Below, one piece after another: positions 27,634 through 32,000 of a DNA stretch of 32,000 nt. A model generated the notes under the pieces. That model was given only the letters and a program-made list of their open reading frames with translations. It did no database searches and had not been told where the DNA came from. Position 1 is the stretch's first letter. The number at the start of each line of letters is the position of its first letter. A program made the position numbers and the translations under genes. Origin of the DNA: Aliivibrio fischeri ES114 (lineage in GTDB: Bacteria > Pseudomonadota > Gammaproteobacteria > Enterobacterales > Vibrionaceae); NCBI RefSeq assembly GCF_000011805.1, contig NC_006840.2; one strand, given 5' to 3'.

Positions 27634-28791
27634 ATGAAATTGGCTATAAACAAATATTGGATTTATTTATTCTTATTTTCGTTTGTTGTTGTGAGTGTTG
27701 GGTATTATTTTGTACGAGTAGATTCACAACATAAAAAATTACCTTTTGTTGTTGCTTCTATTGGCTCTATAGAGAAAAAAGCAGTCGCTGTAGGGCATAT
27801 TGTTCCTGCCCACTCTATTTCAATTAAATCTCAAATTGATGGGATTGTTGGTGAGATTTATCACCAAGTTGGTGAAGTGGTTGCGATAAACACTCCATTA
27901 ATTAAAATCCGCCCAAATCCAACGCCAGCAAAGTTAATGTTAGCTAATACAGACTTAATGCAAAGTGAAGCAAAATTAGAGTTAGCGCAAAAAAAATTAG
28001 AGAATCTTAAACAGTTAGTTGAGCAAAATATAATACCTGAAAATTATGGAGGATATATTGAAGCTAAATCTGATGTGAAATCTAATAAGGCTAGTGTACA
28101 GCAAAAAAAACAGAACCTAGATCTGATCCTTAGTGGCGAGTCATCTGCTGGTAATTCTAAATTGAATTCAACCATAGTTGCGCCAATTAATGGAACTATA
28201 TTGAATTTAAAAGTTGAAATTGGTGAACCAATTATATCTACAGCATCAAACCAAGCGGCAACTGTGATGATGTCAATCGCAGATATGAGCGATATTATTT
28301 TCAAAGGCAGTGTCAGCGAACACGATGCGTCTCGATTAACCGTTGGAACTCCAGCAACGGTTATTTTAGCCTCGTATCCAGATATTGTGGTGTCAGGGAA
28401 ATTAAGGAAAGTTGCTGTGCAATCAGAAAAGTTAAATTTGACCACAACCAATACTAGTACCAATAGTGTGAAAAGTTTTGATAATGGTTTTCAGGTTGAA
28501 GTCGATCAGATTCAGTTTCCAAAGAACTTAACTATTCGCTCTGGTTTTTCAGCAACGGCTCAAATTATTCTTCAGCAATCCACTAATGTAATCATTATTC
28601 CAGAGCGTTCGTTACAATTTAAAGGAGGTGAAGCAGAAGTTTGGGTTATTGATGATAGCGAATATGGTTATTCATCTAGAGTTGTGACGCTCGGCTTATC
28701 TGACGGAGTCATGGTAGAAGTACTTTCTGGGTTAGAAGAGGGTGAAGAGATTGTCGATATGAGCATGATGATAGGTGAGCTAAATGCGTGA
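27634..28791 (+). CDS. HlyD/MacA-type periplasmic adaptor (membrane fusion protein)
   Basis: N-terminal TM; IKSQIDGIVGEIYHQVGEVVAINTPLIKIRP lipoyl half; coiled coil; STIVAPINGTILNLKVEIGEPI second half; beta-barrel region; 385 aa. Confidence 0.9.
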   Translation: MKLAINKYWIYLFLFSFVVVSVGYYFVRVDSQHKKLPFVVASIGSIEKKAVAVGHIVPAHSISIKSQIDGIVGEIYHQVGEVVAINTPLIKIRPNPTPAKLMLANTDLMQSEAKLELAQKKLENLKQLVEQNIIPENYGGYIEAKSDVKSNKASVQQKKQNLDLILSGESSAGNSKLNSTIVAPINGTILNLKVEIGEPIISTASNQAATVMMSIADMSDIIFKGSVSEHDASRLTVGTPATVILASYPDIVVSGKLRKVAVQSEKLNLTTTNTSTNSVKSFDNGFQVEVDQIQFPKNLTIRSGFSATAQIILQQSTNVIIIPERSLQFKGGEAEVWVIDDSEYGYSSRVVTLGLSDGVMVEVLSGLEEGEEIVDMSMMIGELNA

Positions 28792-30064
28792 TAAATTCTC
28801 AGAAAAGATGCTCTTCGTTTTTTGGGCTCTTATTGCTAGTGGCTTAAGTTCTATGAGTTATGCGTTAACTATTGAAGATGCATGGCAAGCGACAAAGCAA
28901 TATGATCCAGAGTATTTACGGTCGCAATTAGATGAAAAGATAAGTGAAACTACAATACGATCAAGTAAAAGTGCTCTACTTCCGAGTGCTAGGATTACCG
29001 CAACTACGGCTTGGAATGAAAATAGTACTTATGGTATTGCTCTAGAGCAAATCATTTGGGACAGCAGTAAATGGTCAGAACTTGATAGTTCTCAAGCTTC
29101 ATTATTGGCTTCTCAATTGAAAATAAAACAGAGTCATAATGAACTAGCTGGACGATTAATTAGTGCATATCTTGATCTTGCCCAGTCTCAAGGGGAGCTT
29201 CGTTTAGCGCAGCAAAAGTTTGATGAAGGCAGAAAGATGTTACGTATCGTTGAGCTACGTTACAAGGCTGGGAAAATTAGATCTGTTGATTTGGAGGATA
29301 TGCGTTCTAATCATCTTGACGAAGAAGCAAATATATTAGCGAATCGATTACAAGTTGAAGACAAGAAAGTTCGTTTGATTAAGCTAATTAGTATAGAACC
29401 CACCCAAGTTAATGAAATTAAGACCAATAACCTATCACAACCAAAATTGATTGTGAACAGTAAGCAAGAGTGGCTGAAATTAGCAAGTAATTATAGCCCT
29501 GATCTATTAATGGCAAAACAAAATATTCGAATTTCTGAATTGGAAACAGGAAAGGCCAAAACGGGTTATTACCCTACGATCACCGCCTCAGTAGGATACA
29601 GCGATAATACTCGCTCAGATAATACTCGTTCAGATAGTGGACTGAATGCGAGCTTAAATTTGAGTTTACCGCTTGATTTAAATAGTTCAATAGGATCCAG
29701 TGTTGAGCGTGCTAAGTTAGAAGTTCTCCGTGCTAAACAAGATGTTCGAGCGGTAGAGATTGAAATAAAAAGTACTATTTCTAACCGTTTTAATCAGCTA
29801 TCTTTGAATTGGCAACGAGTTGAAATGGCAGAGAAACAAGTCGCGTCGAAGGAGCTAGTTTTAAAAAGTAAACAAGCCATTTATAAAGCTGGAATGGCAG
29901 AAGCGTCTGATATTATTGAGGCGCATAATAGTTTGTTTGTTAGTAAAAGCTCTTTACAATCATTGCTTTATCAATATTGGAGGGATCGTATTTCCTTACT
30001 TAAGTCTGTCGGTAGATTAGATGATGAAACTATAACCTTGATTTCACAGGCACTGCAATCATGA
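28784..30064 (+). CDS. TolC-family outer membrane efflux protein
   Basis: Signal peptide; GRLISAYLDLAQSQGELRLAQQKFDEGRKMLRIVELRYKAGKIRSVDLEDMRS and the second-half repeat KQAIYKAGMAEASDIIEAHNSLFVSKSSLQSLLYQYWRDRISLLKSVG. Confidence 0.9.
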   Translation: MRDKFSEKMLFVFWALIASGLSSMSYALTIEDAWQATKQYDPEYLRSQLDEKISETTIRSSKSALLPSARITATTAWNENSTYGIALEQIIWDSSKWSELDSSQASLLASQLKIKQSHNELAGRLISAYLDLAQSQGELRLAQQKFDEGRKMLRIVELRYKAGKIRSVDLEDMRSNHLDEEANILANRLQVEDKKVRLIKLISIEPTQVNEIKTNNLSQPKLIVNSKQEWLKLASNYSPDLLMAKQNIRISELETGKAKTGYYPTITASVGYSDNTRSDNTRSDSGLNASLNLSLPLDLNSSIGSSVERAKLEVLRAKQDVRAVEIEIKSTISNRFNQLSLNWQRVEMAEKQVASKELVLKSKQAIYKAGMAEASDIIEAHNSLFVSKSSLQSLLYQYWRDRISLLKSVGRLDDETITLISQALQS

Positions 30065-31278
30065 TGGCGTTATTCTCTCAAACAATTCAAACTTTATTGG
30101 CTCATCGTTTGAGAGGTTTTTTGGCTATCCTAGCTATTGTATGGGGAATTATTTCAGTTTTGGTTTTAGTTGCACTTGGTGAAGGCTTCTATCAAATAAA
30201 TATGAAATCGTTTTCCTTATTAATGAATGATACTCAGGTAGTCTTTTTGGGGCAATCTACTACCAAAGAGTGGAAAGGAAGAGCAGCAAAAAGGCTAATA
30301 GTACCTTCTGAAGCAGAAGTTCGTCAAATACGTAATCATCCTGCTATTGAGAATATATCAGTGATATACAGTAAACGGAATGCTAGCGTCACGGATAGTC
30401 AAGGTCGTTCTTTGCCGAGGAATGTTACAGGTATAGATGATCAATTTATTGAATTGCGAAATGTGAAATTAAGCAAGGGTTCACGACAAGTTAACCATGG
30501 TGATTTGGTTAATCATAAGCGTGTTGCCTTGGTTAGTTGGCAATTAGCAGATATAGGCTCTTTACATATAGGAAGCTCTTTAAATATTAATGGTATTCCT
30601 TTTAAGGTTATTGGTATTACAAAGAAAAATGAAGATGGGATTTCACTTGGTGATGTTAGCCAAGCAATGATCCCAAGCACAGTATTTACTGATTTGTGGG
30701 AGAGTGAACCAGATATGCTATTTATTTCCCCTGTAGAAGGTGTTTCTAGTTGGCTATTGAGAAAGAATATATTGTCATTTTTTGCGAATCAACAATACTT
30801 TGATCCTAATGATAAAGATGCGATGTATATGCCTGACTTTGGACAGGAAGCGGCATTTTTTAAAAAATTATTAAGGGGCATTCAACTGTTCTTAGGAGCA
30901 AATGGTGCTATGACTCTAGTTGTTGGCTCACTAGGTGTCGCAAATATAATGTTTTTATCAGTGACTGAACGAACGAGAGAAGTTGGGGTTCGACTTGCGA
31001 TAGGTGCGACACCAAATAATATCTTAGGCCAATTTTTAATAGAAGGAGGCATTCTCATTGCATGTGGAACCGCTATTGGAATTGTATTCTCCTATGGCAT
31101 AGTTATGTTATTAAATATGATTGGTATGCCTGAATGGTTAGGTGAACCAATGATCACGCTTGATGCTATTAAAATATCATTAGGGGTGACAGCTGTATTG
31201 GCATTATTAGCAGCGTATTTTCCTGCGCGTCGTGCATCGAATTTACTTCCAGTCATTGCCTTAAGTGCGAGGGCTTGA
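30061..31278 (+). CDS. MacB/FtsX-type ABC transporter permease (no ATPase domain)
   Basis: N-terminal TM + MacB_PCD-like domain; GANGAMTLVVGSLGVANIMFLSVTERTREVGVRLAIGATPNNILGQFLIEG; ...YFPARRASNLLPVIALS. Confidence 0.93.
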   Translation: MMALFSQTIQTLLAHRLRGFLAILAIVWGIISVLVLVALGEGFYQINMKSFSLLMNDTQVVFLGQSTTKEWKGRAAKRLIVPSEAEVRQIRNHPAIENISVIYSKRNASVTDSQGRSLPRNVTGIDDQFIELRNVKLSKGSRQVNHGDLVNHKRVALVSWQLADIGSLHIGSSLNINGIPFKVIGITKKNEDGISLGDVSQAMIPSTVFTDLWESEPDMLFISPVEGVSSWLLRKNILSFFANQQYFDPNDKDAMYMPDFGQEAAFFKKLLRGIQLFLGANGAMTLVVGSLGVANIMFLSVTERTREVGVRLAIGATPNNILGQFLIEGGILIACGTAIGIVFSYGIVMLLNMIGMPEWLGEPMITLDAIKISLGVTAVLALLAAYFPARRASNLLPVIALSARA

Positions 31279-31281
31279 TTA

Positions 31282-32000
31282 ATGCTATTGCCAATGAGAC
31301 TAATATTTCAAGAAATGGCTGCTGAGAAAGTACGCTTGAGTTTACTTCTCTTAGCTGTGGCATGGGCGACATTATGTATTGCAACTATGCTTGCAGTTGG
31401 TGAAGGCTTACGTCAGGGAGTGATCCGAAGTTCAGAGAGCGGTAATGGTAAATTAATCTACCTTACTGGAGGTTATGCCACTATAAATTCAAGTAACTTC
31501 TACATTGGTAAAGCATTGCAGCTGACATCGGAAGATCTAAAAGTAATAAAAGTCTTACCAAGTGTAAAGCATGCTCAACTAAGTGCTATTTGGGATGAAC
31601 AAGCAAATTATAAAGATCATAGAACTTGGCAAAAACCACTTGCCGTATATCCTGATTATCAAGCATTAACTGGCTTAAAAATAGTACCAGGAGGGCGATG
31701 GTTTAATCTTTTAGATATCAAAGAACAGCGTAAAGTGATTATATTAGGTGAAAGTGCCGCTATCTCTTTATTCAATGAATCGAATGACTTTGATTGGATG
31801 AATCCCCCTAAATTAAAGGTTGATCCGGTTGGTAAAAAAATAAAATTGGGTAGTGAAGAGTTTATTGTTATTGGTTTGATTAAGCGTAGTAGTGCAAATA
31901 TAGAACAAGGTATACCGCTTAATGAATCACTTTTTATACCGTTTACAACTTGGAAGCGCTTTCATCAAAATAGTGCTATATCTGCAATTAATATAGAGCT
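31282..32000 (+). CDS. Second MacB/FtsX-type ABC transporter permease, truncated by window end
   Basis: Open frame from ATG 31282: MLLPMRLIFQEMAAEKVRLSLLLLAVAWATLCIATMLAVGEGLRQGVIRSSESGNGKLIYLTGGYATINSSNFYIGKALQLTSEDLKVIK... No stop before 32000. Absent from the ORF track. Confidence 0.85.
   Translation, partial: MLLPMRLIFQEMAAEKVRLSLLLLAVAWATLCIATMLAVGEGLRQGVIRSSESGNGKLIYLTGGYATINSSNFYIGKALQLTSEDLKVIKVLPSVKHAQLSAIWDEQANYKDHRTWQKPLAVYPDYQALTGLKIVPGGRWFNLLDIKEQRKVIILGESAAISLFNESNDFDWMNPPKLKVDPVGKKIKLGSEEFIVIGLIKRSSANIEQGIPLNESLFIPFTTWKRFHQNSAISAINIE

Noticed and set aside
28044-28463. 139-aa minus-strand ORF inside the adaptor gene
   Set aside because: Antisense to the coiled-coil/beta-barrel coding region; no independent support.
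1-32000. Search for CRISPR arrays, tRNA/rRNA genes, intact IS elements, toxin-antitoxin pairs, phage genes or restriction systems
   Set aside because: By eye I found no regularly spaced repeats, tRNA cloverleaf, transposase/integrase motifs or defence-type gene pairs. CRISPRCasFinder, tRNAscan-SE and DefenseFinder would be needed for a formal negative.

Overview
The window looks like chromosomal sequence from a Vibrionaceae genome, probably Aliivibrio/Vibrio fischeri-like (inferred from protein wording and synteny, no search run). Most of it is core-type content. Left to right: the lpoB 3' end, an MCP chemoreceptor, a YggL-like protein, a methyltransferase, a ThiK-like kinase, ycfP, ndh, a RhlE-type DEAD-box helicase plus a small partner, a secreted CBM + GH19-like chitinase, a short CstA-family transporter with a LytS/LytTR (BtsS/BtsR-like) two-component system, satP, htpX, yehS, a DAACS symporter, an exported MTA/SAH-deaminase-like amidohydrolase, an L,D-transpeptidase with a YcbK/MepK-like protein, asnS and queD. 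The right end enters a translationally coupled exporter operon (adaptor, TolC-family protein, two MacB/FtsX-type permeases) that runs off the window. The best observations are: (1) three phased direct repeats matching the BtsR/YehT motif ACC[G/A]CT[C/T]A directly upstream of the CstA-family gene, plus a separate 8-bp palindrome at the putative core promoter; (2) the exporter operon of unknown substrate, preceded by an odd hairpin with 9-nt tandem repeats; (3) an untracked 53-aa ORF between satP and htpX; (4) the multidomain GH19-like secreted protein. I see no CRISPR array, rRNA, tRNA, intact IS or prophage, and no clear evidence of a wholly new defence system.
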